Notes: generated from the letters alone by a model not told the origin. Counted from the first letter of the stretch, positions 1-11,164 are shown. The stretch is DNA of 64,000 bases from a bacterium (GCA_031082185.1 JAVHLI010000001.1:313980-377979); one strand, 5' to 3'. Made by a program: numbers and translations.

Positions 1-242
1 GGGCCTCGCACCTGCACGTTCCCCACGCTGGCGCTGCCCTTCCCGGGCACGACCAGGCCGGCCAGGACCTTGAGCAGAGTGGTCTTGCCGCAGCCGCTGG
101 GCCCAGCCACCACCACGAACTCGCCCCGCCGCACCGTGAGACTCACGTCCTCGACGGCGCGGACCGCCTGGCCCTCGTGTTGGTAGTCCAGCGTGACGTT
201 ATCGAGGCGGACGAAGGTCTCTTCAGCGGTGAGGTTGGTCAA
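1..242 (-). CDS. ABC transporter ATP-binding protein, NitT/TauT (SsuB/TauB-like) family; N-terminal part only, gene runs off window start
   Basis: Minus-strand translation from TTG(242): [63 protein letters not shown]..., Walker [10 protein letters not shown]; start overlaps stop of upstream LLM gene (TTGA). Absent from ORF track because truncated. Confidence 0.6.
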   Translation of the reverse strand, partial: MTNLTAEETFVRLDNVTLDYQHEGQAVRAVEDVSLTVRRGEFVVVAGPSGCGKTTLLKVLAGLVVPGKGSASVGNVQVRG

Positions 243-1252
243 AACCGTCCCTCTGCGAAGGCATCAATCATGGCGCGCACGTCGTCTCCAAGGGGATACA
301 GGATGGGGCAGGTGCACCCGGCGGCCACGTACTCACGGACCTTGGCGCGGCACTCCGCTGGGGTGCCCGAGGCGGTTATCATCTGGACCACTTCGTCGGG
401 CACCAGGCGCATTGCCCTGTGGATCTCCTCCGGCCCGGCCGGCCAGGTAAGCTCTTTGCCGATCTCGTCCAGCAGCGCCGGGTTCACCCCGCTGGCCTTC
501 ATGATGTGGGGCTGCTGGCCGAGGTACTGCGTCACCAGTTCGCGGGCGCGGTCCAGTGCCAAAGAGCGATCCTCGTCCAGGGAGCAGACCACGAGCTGGG
601 GCCGGTCGAGGTCCTCGACCCTCCGCCCGGCCCTGGCGGCGCCGGCGGCAAGCGCTTCCATCGCCGTCTTGTTGTAGCCGGGGCTGACCAGGTAGTTCAG
701 CAGCACGCCGTCGGCGATCTCACCGGTCAGCTCCATCATCTTCATGCCCGTCGCGCCGATGTAGATGGGCACCTTCTTGGGCGAACGGTCGCCGTGCACG
801 ATGTCGAGCTCGATGTCGGTGACGTGCACGAACTCGCCGTGGTAGGTCACCCTCTCCATGGCCAGCAGCCGCCGGGTGACCTCGACGACCTCGCGCATCG
901 CCTGCAGCGGCTTGCGCCGGTTCACCCCGACCTTTGTGGCCAGCGGCTCCCACCAAGCGCCGACCCCGAGCATTACCCGGCCCGGCGCCAGGTCGTCGAG
1001 GGTGGAGAACGTTGCCGCCAGCAGTCCCACGTTGCGCGTCCAGAGGCTGACGACCCCCGAACCCACCTTGATCCGGTCGGTGACCGCCGCGAACGCGGCC
1101 AGCGGGATCGTGGCCTCGCGGACCAGGCGGCTCTCCGCCTGCCACACCGCCTCGAACCCGCGCTCCTCGGCGTACCGCACGTACTCCATTCCTTGGCGAA
1201 TGGGATGCTTGTCCTGCAGGTACAGGGCTACGCGTCCGCCGCCTGGTGTCAT
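239..1252 (-). CDS. Luciferase-like monooxygenase (LLM) family, F420-dependent-type oxidoreductase
   Basis: ORF 239..1603 trimmed to internal ATG ([17 protein letters not shown]...); LLM fold motifs ([20 protein letters not shown]); ATGA overlap with upstream amidohydrolase stop. Confidence 0.75.
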   Translation of the reverse strand: MTPGGGRVALYLQDKHPIRQGMEYVRYAEERGFEAVWQAESRLVREATIPLAAFAAVTDRIKVGSGVVSLWTRNVGLLAATFSTLDDLAPGRVMLGVGAWWEPLATKVGVNRRKPLQAMREVVEVTRRLLAMERVTYHGEFVHVTDIELDIVHGDRSPKKVPIYIGATGMKMMELTGEIADGVLLNYLVSPGYNKTAMEALAAGAARAGRRVEDLDRPQLVVCSLDEDRSLALDRARELVTQYLGQQPHIMKASGVNPALLDEIGKELTWPAGPEEIHRAMRLVPDEVVQMITASGTPAECRAKVREYVAAGCTCPILYPLGDDVRAMIDAFAEGRF

Positions 1253-2589
1253 GGCCTCGGTCCTCCTGCGGGTTCGAACTCGTGGGGTCCTATCTCCTCG
1301 AGGCGGCGCCACAGCCGCTCTGTCTGCGTTCTTGCCTGCGCGGCAAGCCGGTCCTGGTCTACCTTTGTCAGCCGCCGATCCGCCACCACGATCTCGCCGC
1401 CCACAACAACGTCGCGCACGTGTCGCGCCGAGAGGCCGAAGATCCAGTGGCCGGCCAGGTTGCCCTCGTGCAGCGGCGTTGGGGTAGGGTAGTCCAGCAC
1501 CGTGATGTCTGCCGGCGCGCCGGGCTCGATTCGGCCCAGCGCGGGTTCGCCCAGGATCCTCCCGGCCATGCGCGCGCCTGCGGCCATGCGCTGGAGCGGC
1601 CATGCGAAGTCGAGGAAGAGATCGTCCTCCCGGGCCCGCCAGTACGCGGCCGCCGATTCGGCGAACATGTCGGCGCCGATGCCGTCGGTGCCGAGCACCA
1701 CGCGCTCTCCGAGGCGGCCCACCCGCGCGCGGCCGACCGAGTTGTTCATATTGGACCGCGCGTTGTGCGCCACGGTCGCTCCGGAGCGGAGAATCGCGGC
1801 GATCTCGCCATCGTCCACGTGCACGCAGTGGACCAGGATTGCCCGATCATCCAGCGCGCCGGCATCGGCCAGCCGGTGCACCACGCGCCGGCCAAAGCGG
1901 GCCAGGGCATCGCGCTGGTCTGCTCCGTCTTCGGCCACGTGGACGTGAACGCCTGCGCTTGCCTGGCGCGCAAGCTCGACACAGGCGGCCAGCGTGTCCG
2001 CCGAGAGAGTGAACGACGCGTGCGCGCCCACCAGGCCCATTGCCAGGGGCCGCTGCGCGGCCAGGAACCGCCGGTTCTCCTCGACCCCGGCGCGCGCACG
2101 TTCGGGCCCATCGCGATCGGTGACCTCGTAGCAGAGAACCGAACGCAGGCCGAGTTCGCCGAGCGCGTCCGCAATGACATCGAGCGAGCCCGCGATGGCG
2201 TAGGGCGAGGCGTGGTGATCAACGACGGTGGTTGTGCCGGAAAGCAGCGCGCTCATCGCGCCGGCCAGTGCCGACGCGCGGACCGTCTCCTCGTCCAGGA
2301 CCCGGTCCAGCCGCCACCAGACGCGCCGGAGGATCTGCGTGAAGTTGGCCGGCGGCTCCAGGCCGTAGGGCATGCCTCGCGCCAGCGCAGAGTATAGATG
2401 CGTGTGCGCGCAGACGTTACCAGGGATGATCAGGCAGCCCGAGCAGTCGCGGCGCGGAAGACCCTCCGGAGCCCGGCCGACCGCGGTCACCCGGCCTCCC
2501 TCGATCAGCACGTCGGCCTGGAGAAGCGCTGGCGCGTCCAGCGACGCAAGCACGGTACCGCCGGTCAGGGCGAGACCCATCTCAGGCAT
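1249..2589 (-). CDS. Amidohydrolase-superfamily protein, SsnA/chlorohydrolase-like (cyclic amidine/aminohydrolase)
   Basis: HTHLYS metal-binding motif, amidohydrolase_1 architecture, ~446 aa; start chosen at ATG with GAGG 6 nt upstream (GTG at 2601 also possible); lies beside XdhD-like gene as ssnA does in E. coli. Confidence 0.75.
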   Translation of the reverse strand: MPEMGLALTGGTVLASLDAPALLQADVLIEGGRVTAVGRAPEGLPRRDCSGCLIIPGNVCAHTHLYSALARGMPYGLEPPANFTQILRRVWWRLDRVLDEETVRASALAGAMSALLSGTTTVVDHHASPYAIAGSLDVIADALGELGLRSVLCYEVTDRDGPERARAGVEENRRFLAAQRPLAMGLVGAHASFTLSADTLAACVELARQASAGVHVHVAEDGADQRDALARFGRRVVHRLADAGALDDRAILVHCVHVDDGEIAAILRSGATVAHNARSNMNNSVGRARVGRLGERVVLGTDGIGADMFAESAAAYWRAREDDLFLDFAWPLQRMAAGARMAGRILGEPALGRIEPGAPADITVLDYPTPTPLHEGNLAGHWIFGLSARHVRDVVVGGEIVVADRRLTKVDQDRLAAQARTQTERLWRRLEEIGPHEFEPAGGPRP

Positions 2590-2597
2590 TCTCAACC

Positions 2598-5249
2598 TCA
2601 CACACCCTCAACGCGGCCGGGCCGCGCCCTTTTGGGCACGAACCCTCGGGCCGCGGGAGAATCCTTCATGGGCAGCCGGGTCCGGCGAATGCCGTCATAG
2701 GACCACAGCGCGCCGGCGATCGCCGCGGCCGTGGGGATGTTGCCGATCTCTCCAACTCCCTTGGCCCCGTATGGTCCCTCGGGCTGGAACTCCTCGACGA
2801 AGATGCACTCAACCGCAGGCATCCCCACCGCAGGCACGATGCCCAGCGACTTGAGGGTGTCGGTCACCGGCACCCCTCCCTCCAGCACCAGTTCCTCGGA
2901 GAGCGCGTACCCCATCCCCATGTGGACGGACCCCTCTATCTGGCCTTCCAGCAGCGTCGGATTCATAACCCGGCCGACGTCGTGGGCCGCGATCACCCTG
3001 GCCACCCGCCCGTCATCGTCGAGGATTGCTACCTGGGTGGCCCAGCCGTACGCGAAGTGCGTCACCTGATCCTCCACGCCCGGGGTCGGCTTGGAGGTCC
3101 AGTCAATCACGGTCTCGCCGTAGAACTCCTGCCCGGCCAGCGACTCCAGCCGAGCATCCCCGCTCCGTCCACCCCCGAGCCGACCGCCCCCGAGATGGCC
3201 ACCCCCGAGCGCGGCCCGCAGGCGCTTCGCCGCCTCGATGACCGCCAGCCCGCCGAGGACCGTGGCGCGGGAAGCCGTGGTCTCACCGGTGCCCAACTCG
3301 CGCACCGTGTCAACCGCGACCGCCACCCGGTCGGGTGTCAGGCCGAGTTCCTCGCAGGCCACCTGTTGAAGGATGGTATGAACTCCCTGTCCCATCTCGG
3401 TCCAGGAGTGAAACACCGTGACCGTGCCGCCCTCCTCGACGCGCAGCACCGCCCTGCCGTACTCGGTCAGGCCGTTGCCGATCCCGGTGTTCTTTACGGC
3501 GCAGGCGATGCCGGCGTAGCGCGCCGAGCGAAAGGCGTCGCGCACCGCGAGCAGCGTCTTCTTGAGGCCGACGCCCGGCCCCAGCTTCTGGCCGGTGGCG
3601 AAGACGTCGCCGACGTCCAATGCGTTACGCCATCGGATCTCCCAGCGGTCTATGCCCACCCGCAGGGCCAGTGTGTCCATCATCGCTTCCATCGCGAAGC
3701 TGACTTGGTTGACCCCGAACCCGCGCATGGCGCCGGCGGGCGGGTTGTTGGTGAAGACCGCCCTTGACTCGACGTCCACGTTCGGCACGCGGTATGGGCC
3801 GCAGGCGTGGCCCGCCGCCCGCTCCAGGACTTTGTCCCCGACGCTGGCGTAGGCGCCGGTGTCCCCCACGATCCGCGCGCGCACCGCGAGCAGGCGTCCC
3901 GCCTCGTCGCAGCCGACCGTGTACTCCATGGTCATGGGATGGCGCTTGGGATGGAACCGGATGCTCTCCCGCCGTGACAGCGCCAGCATCACCGGCCGAC
4001 CGGTCATCACGGCCAGCAGTGAGGCGTGCGCCTGGACGCTCAGATCCTCCTTGCCGCCGAAGCCGCCGCCGCTGGAAACCAGCGTGACCCGGACCCTTTC
4101 CTCAGGGAGCGCGAGCACCGATGCCACCTGCCGGCGGTCCTCCCAGATGCCCTGCCCCTGCGAGAAGAAGTGCACGCCGCCGTCGCCGGAAGGCACTGCC
4201 AGGCAGGCCTCCGGCTCGAGAAACGCGTGCTCGATGGATTGGGTGCGGAAAGTCTCCCCGGCTACGAACGCAGCGCCTGCGAGCGCCGCGCCCGCGTCGC
4301 CGCGCTGCACCTTCGTCACGGAGAGCAGGTTGCCCATTTCGTGGACCACCGGGGCGCCCTCGGCCAGCGCCTCGAACGGATCGGTGACCGGGGGCAGTAC
4401 CTCGTACTCCACCTCGATGAGGGCCGCGGCCGCGCGGGCGGCGGCCCTGGACTCGGCCGCGACGACCGCCAGGATGTCCCCGACGTAGTTTGTGACCTCG
4501 CCCTCGGCCACGAACTGCCGCCAGTCGCTGAAGATCAGGCCCACCCGGCGCTCTCCAGGCACGTCGCGCCAGGTGGCCACCGCGACGACGCCGGGATGGG
4601 CGCATGCCCTCGATACGTCAATGCGCAATACCTTTGCCCGAGGGTGATCGGACCACCGCACGGCGCCGTGGAGCATGCCGGGTACGCGCATGTCGGCCAC
4701 GAACGGCTTCTGGCCCAGCACCAGATCTCGACCCTGGTACCGCGCGGTGCGCGATCCCACCTTGCCGCTGCGATCGGGCGCAGGAACCGGTTCCCCGCGC
4801 CGCGCCCCGGCGGCGTAGCTGATGGCGTCAATGATCTTGATGTAGCCGGTGCACCGGCAGAGGTTGCCGGCCAGGGCCCTGGCGATCTCCTCGCGAGAGG
4901 GATCGGGATTACGGTCCAGCAGGGATTCGGCCTTCATCACGATGCCCGGTGTACAGAATCCGCACTGGGACGCGCCGGAGGCGACGAAGCAGTCCGCCCA
5001 CTGCGCGCGGTGCTCCTCGGGCAGTCCTTCAAGCGTGGTGACCTGCCGTCCGGCGGCCCTCTCCGCCGGCTGGGCGCACGATACCACCGCCCTGCCATCC
5101 AGGAGCACCGTGCACGCGCCGCAGGAGCCCTCCGGTGCGCACCCGTCCTTCATCGAGGTCAGGCCGCACTGCTCGCGGAGCACCTCCAGCAGGCTCGCGC
5201 CCTTGCGGGCTTCCAGCGAGACCTGCCGTCCGTTGAGCGTGAACTCCAC
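2598..5249 (-). CDS. Xanthine-dehydrogenase-family molybdoenzyme, fused N-terminal [2Fe-2S] ferredoxin domain + molybdopterin-binding catalytic domain (XdhD/selenium-dependent Mo-hydroxylase-like)
   Basis: N-terminus MEFTLNGRQV...CGACTV...QCGFCTPG (two 2Fe-2S Cys clusters) followed by aldehyde-oxidase/XDH a/b hammerhead and MoCo-binding domains; 883 aa; GTG start. Confidence 0.85.
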   Translation of the reverse strand: MEFTLNGRQVSLEARKGASLLEVLREQCGLTSMKDGCAPEGSCGACTVLLDGRAVVSCAQPAERAAGRQVTTLEGLPEEHRAQWADCFVASGASQCGFCTPGIVMKAESLLDRNPDPSREEIARALAGNLCRCTGYIKIIDAISYAAGARRGEPVPAPDRSGKVGSRTARYQGRDLVLGQKPFVADMRVPGMLHGAVRWSDHPRAKVLRIDVSRACAHPGVVAVATWRDVPGERRVGLIFSDWRQFVAEGEVTNYVGDILAVVAAESRAAARAAAALIEVEYEVLPPVTDPFEALAEGAPVVHEMGNLLSVTKVQRGDAGAALAGAAFVAGETFRTQSIEHAFLEPEACLAVPSGDGGVHFFSQGQGIWEDRRQVASVLALPEERVRVTLVSSGGGFGGKEDLSVQAHASLLAVMTGRPVMLALSRRESIRFHPKRHPMTMEYTVGCDEAGRLLAVRARIVGDTGAYASVGDKVLERAAGHACGPYRVPNVDVESRAVFTNNPPAGAMRGFGVNQVSFAMEAMMDTLALRVGIDRWEIRWRNALDVGDVFATGQKLGPGVGLKKTLLAVRDAFRSARYAGIACAVKNTGIGNGLTEYGRAVLRVEEGGTVTVFHSWTEMGQGVHTILQQVACEELGLTPDRVAVAVDTVRELGTGETTASRATVLGGLAVIEAAKRLRAALGGGHLGGGRLGGGRSGDARLESLAGQEFYGETVIDWTSKPTPGVEDQVTHFAYGWATQVAILDDDGRVARVIAAHDVGRVMNPTLLEGQIEGSVHMGMGYALSEELVLEGGVPVTDTLKSLGIVPAVGMPAVECIFVEEFQPEGPYGAKGVGEIGNIPTAAAIAGALWSYDGIRRTRLPMKDSPAARGFVPKRARPGRVEGV

Positions 5250-5254
5250 TGCGA

Positions 5255-6205
5255 TCAGCCCAGGGTGATGCGCGTGCCGGTTTCCCCGCCCAGCGCCCGC
5301 TCCAGGTTCTCAGGGTTGGTGATCAACGCCTCGCCCCCGCCCCGCTCCAGGTAGCCGATGACCGCCTCCATCTTGGGAGCCATGCTGCCCTTCGCAAAGT
5401 GCACGCCCTCGGCCAGGTACTCCTTGGCCTGGGACAGGGTCATCCGCCGGATCGTCTGCTGGTTGGGCTTGCCGAAGTTGAGGGCTACCTGTTCCACCGA
5501 GGTGGTGATTACGAATAGGTCGGCGCCTATGACCGTGGCCAGCAGTGACGATGCCAGGTCCTTGTCAATGACCGCGGCCACCCCACGCAGGTTGCCTTCC
5601 GCGTCGGCTACGACCGGGATTCCGCCTCCGCCCACGGTGATGACCACGAACCCCTCGCCGATCAGGCGCTTGACCGCCTCCTCTTCGACGATGCGGATCG
5701 GGACCGGCGAGGCCACGACGCGCCGCCAGCCCCTTCCCGCGTCCTCAACCACGCTCCAGCCCTCCTCGGCTTGTCGGCGCCGGGCCTTCTCCGCGTCCAT
5801 GAACGACCCGATCGGCTTGGTCGGTTTCTGGAAGGCAGGATCGTCCGCGCTCACCTCGACCTGCGTTACCACGGTCACGGCGTCCTTCTTGATGCCGAGC
5901 CGGCGGAACTCATTGTACAGGTTCTGCTGGAGCGCATAGCCGATGGCGCCCTGGCTGTCGGCGCCGCAAACGTCGAGCGGCACCTCGTGCAGCTCGTGGG
6001 CGGCCAGCTCCGACCGGCGCAGGATGAAGCCGACCTGAGGTCCGTTGCCGTGCCCGATTGTTACGTCCCAGCCGTCCCGGATCATGCCGGCGATGCGCCG
6101 GCAGGTCTCCCTGGCGGCCTCGTACTGGTCCTGCACCGTCTGGCGTTTTGAATCCTTGATCAGCGAGTTCCCGCCGATCGCCACTACCGCGGTACGCCCG
6201 GCCAT
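5255..6205 (-). CDS. arcC: Carbamate kinase
   Basis: AVVAIGGNSL...GHGNGPQVG carbamate-kinase signature, 316 aa; GGAGG 7 nt upstream of ATG. Confidence 0.9.
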   Translation of the reverse strand: MAGRTAVVAIGGNSLIKDSKRQTVQDQYEAARETCRRIAGMIRDGWDVTIGHGNGPQVGFILRRSELAAHELHEVPLDVCGADSQGAIGYALQQNLYNEFRRLGIKKDAVTVVTQVEVSADDPAFQKPTKPIGSFMDAEKARRRQAEEGWSVVEDAGRGWRRVVASPVPIRIVEEEAVKRLIGEGFVVITVGGGGIPVVADAEGNLRGVAAVIDKDLASSLLATVIGADLFVITTSVEQVALNFGKPNQQTIRRMTLSQAKEYLAEGVHFAKGSMAPKMEAVIGYLERGGGEALITNPENLERALGGETGTRITLG

Positions 6206-6272
6206 GCGCTTCCCTCCCGCAGCCCTCTTCCCGCCGCTCTCTTCCTGGGCGCGTCGCCGTATCCGGTGCGCG

Positions 6273-7250
6273 TCAGCTCATCGTCAGGGCCATCACGGCC
6301 TTCTGTCCGTGCAGCCGGTTTTCGGCCTCGTCGTAGACCACCGATTGAGGCCCGTCAATCACCGCGTCGGTGACCTCGATGTTGCGGTCGGCGGGCAGGG
6401 GGTGCATGTAGATCGCGTCATCCCCGGCCATTGCCATGCGCCGCTCATCGGTGATCCAGTCCTTGTACTTGGCGGAGTGCTTCGCGCCTTCCTCATCGCT
6501 CTTAACGGTCAGCAGGGCGCCCCAGCTCTTCGCGTAGACGACGTCGGTGCCGCGAATGCCGGCCTCGAAGTCGTCCATGATCTCAAACCCAACCTTGGCG
6601 CGGCGTGCGTTCTCCTGCGCCTGTCCCACGATCTCGGGCATCAGCTGGAATCCCGGCGGGTGGACCAGCCGGACGTTCATGCCGAAGCGGGGCATCAGGA
6701 GGATCAGACTCTGCGGCACGCTGATCGGCTTCTGGTAGCTGGCGGCGTAGGCCCAGCTCACGGTGATGGTCTTCCCGCGCGGATCGCCCTTCTTCTCGAT
6801 AATGGTCAGCAGGTCCGCGAGGGCCTGGAACGGGTGGTAGATGTCGCACTGCATGTTCAGCACGGGCACACGGCTGGCCGCGGCGACCTCGCGGATGTAC
6901 TTGTTGCCCCCCATCCAGTCCACGTGCCTGATGGCTAGGCCGTCGTTGTAGCGTCCCAGGATCTCGCCGATCTCCTTGGCGGTGTCGCCGTGGGCGATCT
7001 GGGTGGTGCGGCTCTCGATGAACTGCGCGTGGCCGCCCAACTGCGCCATGCCGGCCTCGAACGAGGCGCGGGTGCGCGTGCTGGAGAAGAAGAACAGCAT
7101 CGCCAGCACCTTGTCGCGCAGGATGGCGTGCGGCTGGCTGAGGGCTCGGCTGCGCTTGAGATCCAAGGCCACGTCCAGCGCGGTATCGATCTCCTCCTTG
7201 GTCCACTCCTGCAGGGTGATGAGGTCACGTCCGCGGAGATATGTCTGCAT
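6273..7250 (-). CDS. Ornithine-carbamoyltransferase-like transcarbamylase (OTCase/YgeW-like, probably catabolic)
   Basis: STRTR carbamoyl-phosphate motif, HPLP motif, 325 aa; beside carbamate kinase. Confidence 0.75.
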   Translation of the reverse strand: MQTYLRGRDLITLQEWTKEEIDTALDVALDLKRSRALSQPHAILRDKVLAMLFFFSSTRTRASFEAGMAQLGGHAQFIESRTTQIAHGDTAKEIGEILGRYNDGLAIRHVDWMGGNKYIREVAAASRVPVLNMQCDIYHPFQALADLLTIIEKKGDPRGKTITVSWAYAASYQKPISVPQSLILLMPRFGMNVRLVHPPGFQLMPEIVGQAQENARRAKVGFEIMDDFEAGIRGTDVVYAKSWGALLTVKSDEEGAKHSAKYKDWITDERRMAMAGDDAIYMHPLPADRNIEVTDAVIDGPQSVVYDEAENRLHGQKAVMALTMS

Positions 7251-7261
7251 CGGGACTCCTC

Positions 7262-8215
7262 CTATTCCACTGCGCCCAGCACGAGGGCCAGCAGCGCCAT
7301 GCGAACGACCACGCCGTTGAACGCCTCGGTCCAGTACCGAGCGTGGCGGGTGATGTCAACGTCGGGGGTAAGCTCGTCCATGCGCGGCAGGGAGTGCAGC
7401 ACGATCGCGCTGCTCTTGCCCCGCTCCCGCAGCAACTGGCGGGTGATCTTGTAGGCCGCCGGGGTGAGCCCCACGTCGCCGGAGCGCTCGTCACGGGACT
7501 TCGTGTAGTCGGGCTGGACCACGGGCTCCATGTAGATCACGTCTGCCTCGCCGATGACTTCCTCGGCCGTGGCTACCTCACGGTACCGGACGCTGAGCGC
7601 GTCGAGCTCCGCCTTGAACTCGGGAAGAAGGGACATCTCGGGCGGCGAGACCACGAACGCCTCCATGTCGAACTGCGACATCGCGTAGAGGATTGAGTGC
7701 ATCGTGCGCATCCGCATGTCGCCCACGCACAGCACCTTGAGGCCGTCCAGCGTGCCCAGCTCGCGCTGGATCGTGTATAGGTCTATCAGTACCTGGGTGG
7801 GGTGCTCCCCCCAGCCGTCGCCGCAGTTGATGATCGGCACCGAGGCCCAGCGGGCCGCCTCGTGCGGCGCGCCCTGCTGGAAATGGCGCATGGCGATGAC
7901 GTCGCCGTAGTACTCGAGCATGTGCACGGTGTCCTTGATAGACTCCTGGTAGAAGTCGCCGGCACGGGTCATCTTGGCGTCCGAGAACCCCAGCACGCTG
8001 CCTCCCAGCCGGATCATGGCCGCCTCCGTGGCCAGGCGCGTGCGGGTGCTGGGCTGGTAGAACGCGGTGACCAGGGTCTTGTGCTTCAGCAGGTCGGTGT
8101 TGCGCCGGTCGCGCGCGTAGGGCTTCAGGTCGTCCGCCACCTGGAAGACACGGAAAAACTCGTTGCGCTCGAAATCCTTGAGCGACAGGATGTCCCTACC
8201 GAGAAAGCTTCTCAT
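7262..8215 (-). CDS. Aspartate-carbamoyltransferase-like transcarbamylase (ATCase/OTCase superfamily)
   Basis: STRTR and HPTQ (ATCase-type) motifs, HSLPR motif, 317 aa; no pyrI nearby. Confidence 0.7.
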   Translation of the reverse strand: MRSFLGRDILSLKDFERNEFFRVFQVADDLKPYARDRRNTDLLKHKTLVTAFYQPSTRTRLATEAAMIRLGGSVLGFSDAKMTRAGDFYQESIKDTVHMLEYYGDVIAMRHFQQGAPHEAARWASVPIINCGDGWGEHPTQVLIDLYTIQRELGTLDGLKVLCVGDMRMRTMHSILYAMSQFDMEAFVVSPPEMSLLPEFKAELDALSVRYREVATAEEVIGEADVIYMEPVVQPDYTKSRDERSGDVGLTPAAYKITRQLLRERGKSSAIVLHSLPRMDELTPDVDITRHARYWTEAFNGVVVRMALLALVLGAVE

Positions 8216-8261
8216 TAACCGATCCCTCCCTTTATGCCGGCCGTTCGGCCCTCGTATTGTC

Positions 8262-9626
8262 TCATCGTTTCACGCCGGTGAACAACACCGCCACGCGCTC
8301 ACCCGACCCGATGCCGCCCTCGCGATGAAGGCGCAGCAGCCCGGCCAGCCCGGCGGAGCCGGTGTGATCCACACCGATCCCCGTGGCTGCCTGCGCGAGC
8401 GCGTTGGCTTCCTTCAGTGTCTCCTCAGATACCAGGACCGGAGTGCCCCCGGTGGTTGCCATCCCCCGGAGAACCGCCAGCCAGTCGTAAGTCTCGTCAT
8501 CGAGGATGCCGTGTGCGATGCTCTTCGGCTCCTCCTCCCACGGCCACATGAACTGCGAACGGTGGGTGGCGGCGTAGCGCAATGCCTCCTCGATCCTCTC
8601 GCGGCCCTCCGGCCCGCCCTCAGGAGACGGCCCGATCCGCTCCATGAGCCGGCCGTAGGCCCGCTCCAAAGGATGGCCGCCCAGGGTCTGGACCGCGTGG
8701 ATCCGCGGCATCCGCTCCAGCGCGCCCAGGCGCACCGCGTCCTGGAGCGCCTGGATCACGGAGCTGGCCAGCGCACCGCCGCCTGTCTGGATGAACAGGC
8801 GGTCCAGCGTACTGCCGGCGGACGCCAGATCCGAGGCGATCTCGTATCCCAGGGTCTTGCCGCCGTCTATCGTCAGCCCATTGTCAGGCCCCTGGCAGGT
8901 GAACGGCAGGGCGCCCTCGCGCACCGCCTGCTGCAGCCGGTGGTAGGTAGGATCGCCGGGGGAGCCTTCCTCCCTGGGGCAGATAGTCAGGTGCGCGCCC
9001 AGCGCCTCCAATCGTGATACCACCACCGGGTCGGCGCTCGTGGGCACGAACACCTGGAGCCGCCGCCCGCCGGCCCGGGCCACCACTGCGGCGGCCAGTG
9101 CCGCGTTGCCGCAACTCGCGATGGCCAAATCGGGCGCGCCCGCGCCGGCCTGTTCGGTCCCGGCCCGAGCGGTCAGGCCGGCCCGCTCGACTACCTCCAG
9201 GTGGATCAGCAGCCCCATCAGGTGGCGCGCCTTGTGCGACCCGGAAACATTGCCGGTTTCGTTCTTCACCCAGACGCCGCCCCCGGCGAATCCAAGACGG
9301 TCGCCTAGCGGACCGCTGCGGAAGAACGGGGTGGCCTCAAACCCGCCCCCGTCCACCTGCGCCACCGCGAGGTCGAGCCGCTCGACCAGGCCGACATAGT
9401 CGGCGTCGGTGAGGCCGTGCGCCAGGGCCAGGTGGTAAGAGTGTGAGAGCTCGCGATATCGGACGAACGGGTTGGCCGGACCGTAGGCGGGAAACCGAAG
9501 GCCCGCCGGGTCCAGCACCGCGGTCATCACGTGGTCGGTATCGTCGCCCCGGCCTGCGTTGGGACACCTGAAGGGGTAGGGATCGCCGGGCGGTGCCGCG
9601 GCGCCACACCCGGTACAGGCAATCAT
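8262..9626 (-). CDS. PLP-dependent enzyme, tryptophan-synthase-beta-like (fold type II) with Cys-rich N-terminal extension
   Basis: [14 protein letters not shown] Schiff-base lysine region; N-terminus MIACTGCG...RCPNAG (CxxC...CP); 454 aa; ATGA overlap with upstream PLP gene. Confidence 0.6.
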   Translation of the reverse strand: MIACTGCGAAAPPGDPYPFRCPNAGRGDDTDHVMTAVLDPAGLRFPAYGPANPFVRYRELSHSYHLALAHGLTDADYVGLVERLDLAVAQVDGGGFEATPFFRSGPLGDRLGFAGGGVWVKNETGNVSGSHKARHLMGLLIHLEVVERAGLTARAGTEQAGAGAPDLAIASCGNAALAAAVVARAGGRRLQVFVPTSADPVVVSRLEALGAHLTICPREEGSPGDPTYHRLQQAVREGALPFTCQGPDNGLTIDGGKTLGYEIASDLASAGSTLDRLFIQTGGGALASSVIQALQDAVRLGALERMPRIHAVQTLGGHPLERAYGRLMERIGPSPEGGPEGRERIEEALRYAATHRSQFMWPWEEEPKSIAHGILDDETYDWLAVLRGMATTGGTPVLVSEETLKEANALAQAATGIGVDHTGSAGLAGLLRLHREGGIGSGERVAVLFTGVKR

Positions 9627-11116
9627 GCGGCCGCTCCCGTCCTTCCGTTGAACTCCTCGATCAGATGGTCCCAGGCTGGGATGATCGCCCGCATCTCCTG
9701 CCAGAACCGCTGATCCCGCCTGGCCTCGAACTCCTCGATCGAGATCCCCTGCTGTTCCACCCAGGTGAAGTAGCCCAGGTTGAAGATGCGGTCCCGGTCC
9801 ACGCGGGTCAACTCCAGCAGGTGGTCGTTGGTGACGCTGCCCAGGTGTCCGGCGAACGTCGCGCCGGCGGCGACCGCATCGAATCCGCCTGGGAAGTACT
9901 TCCGGAGGGATTTCTCCCGCTCGGTGGCGTACATCGCCGCGCCGTCGGTGGCGACGGTGACGACGACATCTTGTGGCCCCATCCCGAAGTGCTTCGCGGT
10001 CTTGATCGCCCCGAGCACGTTGCAGATGCTGGAGAGCCCCAGCGCCGGCAGCAGTTCAATCACCGCGGGCGGTACACCCTGCCGGCTCACGAGATACTCG
10101 CGGCCGGCAGGAGTGTTGAACAACACGTCGAGCCGATCGGTGCTCTGGTCCGAGACCGCCGCCACCAAGTCGGTGTTCGTCACGTTGTGGATCAGAGGGA
10201 TGTGCTTGTCACCTATGCCCTGGATGTTGTGCTCGCCGAAACCGTTGTACAGCATGGTTGGGCACTCAAGGGCCTCCATGGCCACAATCTTGGCGCCGTA
10301 CTGTTCCTTGAGGTAGTCACCGGCGCCCAGGGTGCCGGCCGAGCCGGAGGCGGAGACAAAGGCGCGCATCCGCAGGCCGGGCTCGGAGGCAGCCAGCGAC
10401 TCGAACAGATTCCCCAGCGCCTTTCCCGTGACCAGGTAATGCACCAGATGGTTTCCGAACTCGCAGAACTGGTTGAAGATGATGTTGGTCGGATCGCGCT
10501 CCAACTCCGCGCACTTGTCGTAGATCTCTTTGACGTTGCTCTCTGTGCCCGGCGTCCGGATGATGTCCGCGGGGTCGGCTATCCACCGCTCCAACCATGC
10601 GAACCGCTCCCGGCTCATCCCCTGCGGCAGCACGGCGATTCCCCGGCAGCCCATGATGCGCGAGATGGCCACGCCGCCGCGGGCATAGTTGCCGGTGGAC
10701 GGCCAGACAGCCCGATGGGCCGTCGGGTCGAACTGCCCGGTGATTATCCGCGGGGCTATGCACCCGTAGGCGGCCAGCACCTTGTGGGCGCGGATCATCG
10801 GGAAGCGGTCTCCGAGTGCGACCACGATGCGCGCTTCCACCCCGGTGAGCGCCTTGGGCAGCACCACGTGCTCGGGCGACGCCACCCGGTCGGTGCGGGT
10901 TGCACCGTTGAACCAGTGCACCCTAAAGAGGTTCAGCGGGTGTGGGGCATCCGGGTCCACGCCGGAGAGGGCCTCCCGGATCCGCGGCGGAATCCGGGCC
11001 GGGTCCGTCAGTTCTGCGAAGGTGGGCAGCACGATCCCGGCATCGCGGAAACGTCCCACCGCCCGCTCATAAACAGTCTTATCTACGAGCTCACGTTCGA
11101 GCCCAAGTCGCCTCAT
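9623..11116 (-). CDS. PLP-dependent enzyme, TrpB-like/fold type II family (function unknown)
   Basis: [10 protein letters not shown] lysine motif and glycine-rich PLP-phosphate loop ([12 protein letters not shown]); 497 aa; GAGGGG upstream of ATG. Confidence 0.55.
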   Translation of the reverse strand: MRRLGLERELVDKTVYERAVGRFRDAGIVLPTFAELTDPARIPPRIREALSGVDPDAPHPLNLFRVHWFNGATRTDRVASPEHVVLPKALTGVEARIVVALGDRFPMIRAHKVLAAYGCIAPRIITGQFDPTAHRAVWPSTGNYARGGVAISRIMGCRGIAVLPQGMSRERFAWLERWIADPADIIRTPGTESNVKEIYDKCAELERDPTNIIFNQFCEFGNHLVHYLVTGKALGNLFESLAASEPGLRMRAFVSASGSAGTLGAGDYLKEQYGAKIVAMEALECPTMLYNGFGEHNIQGIGDKHIPLIHNVTNTDLVAAVSDQSTDRLDVLFNTPAGREYLVSRQGVPPAVIELLPALGLSSICNVLGAIKTAKHFGMGPQDVVVTVATDGAAMYATEREKSLRKYFPGGFDAVAAGATFAGHLGSVTNDHLLELTRVDRDRIFNLGYFTWVEQQGISIEEFEARRDQRFWQEMRAIIPAWDHLIEEFNGRTGAAA

Positions 11117-11164
11117 CTGTCTACCCCTCTTGCGCTAGGTTGGCCTATCCCTGCAGCGCCTATT

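Noticed and set aside
419-1492. 357-aa plus-strand ORF (and 858..1487, 1246..2397) overlapping the LLM and amidohydrolase genes
   Set aside because: Gly/Arg/Pro-rich low-complexity translations antisense to well-supported genes; typical shadow ORFs of high-GC DNA.
2922-5354. Several plus-strand ORFs (2922..3767, 3859..4488, 4026..5354) inside the XDH-like gene
   Set aside because: No family resemblance, Arg/Pro/Gly-rich; the minus-strand 883-aa molybdoenzyme explains the region.
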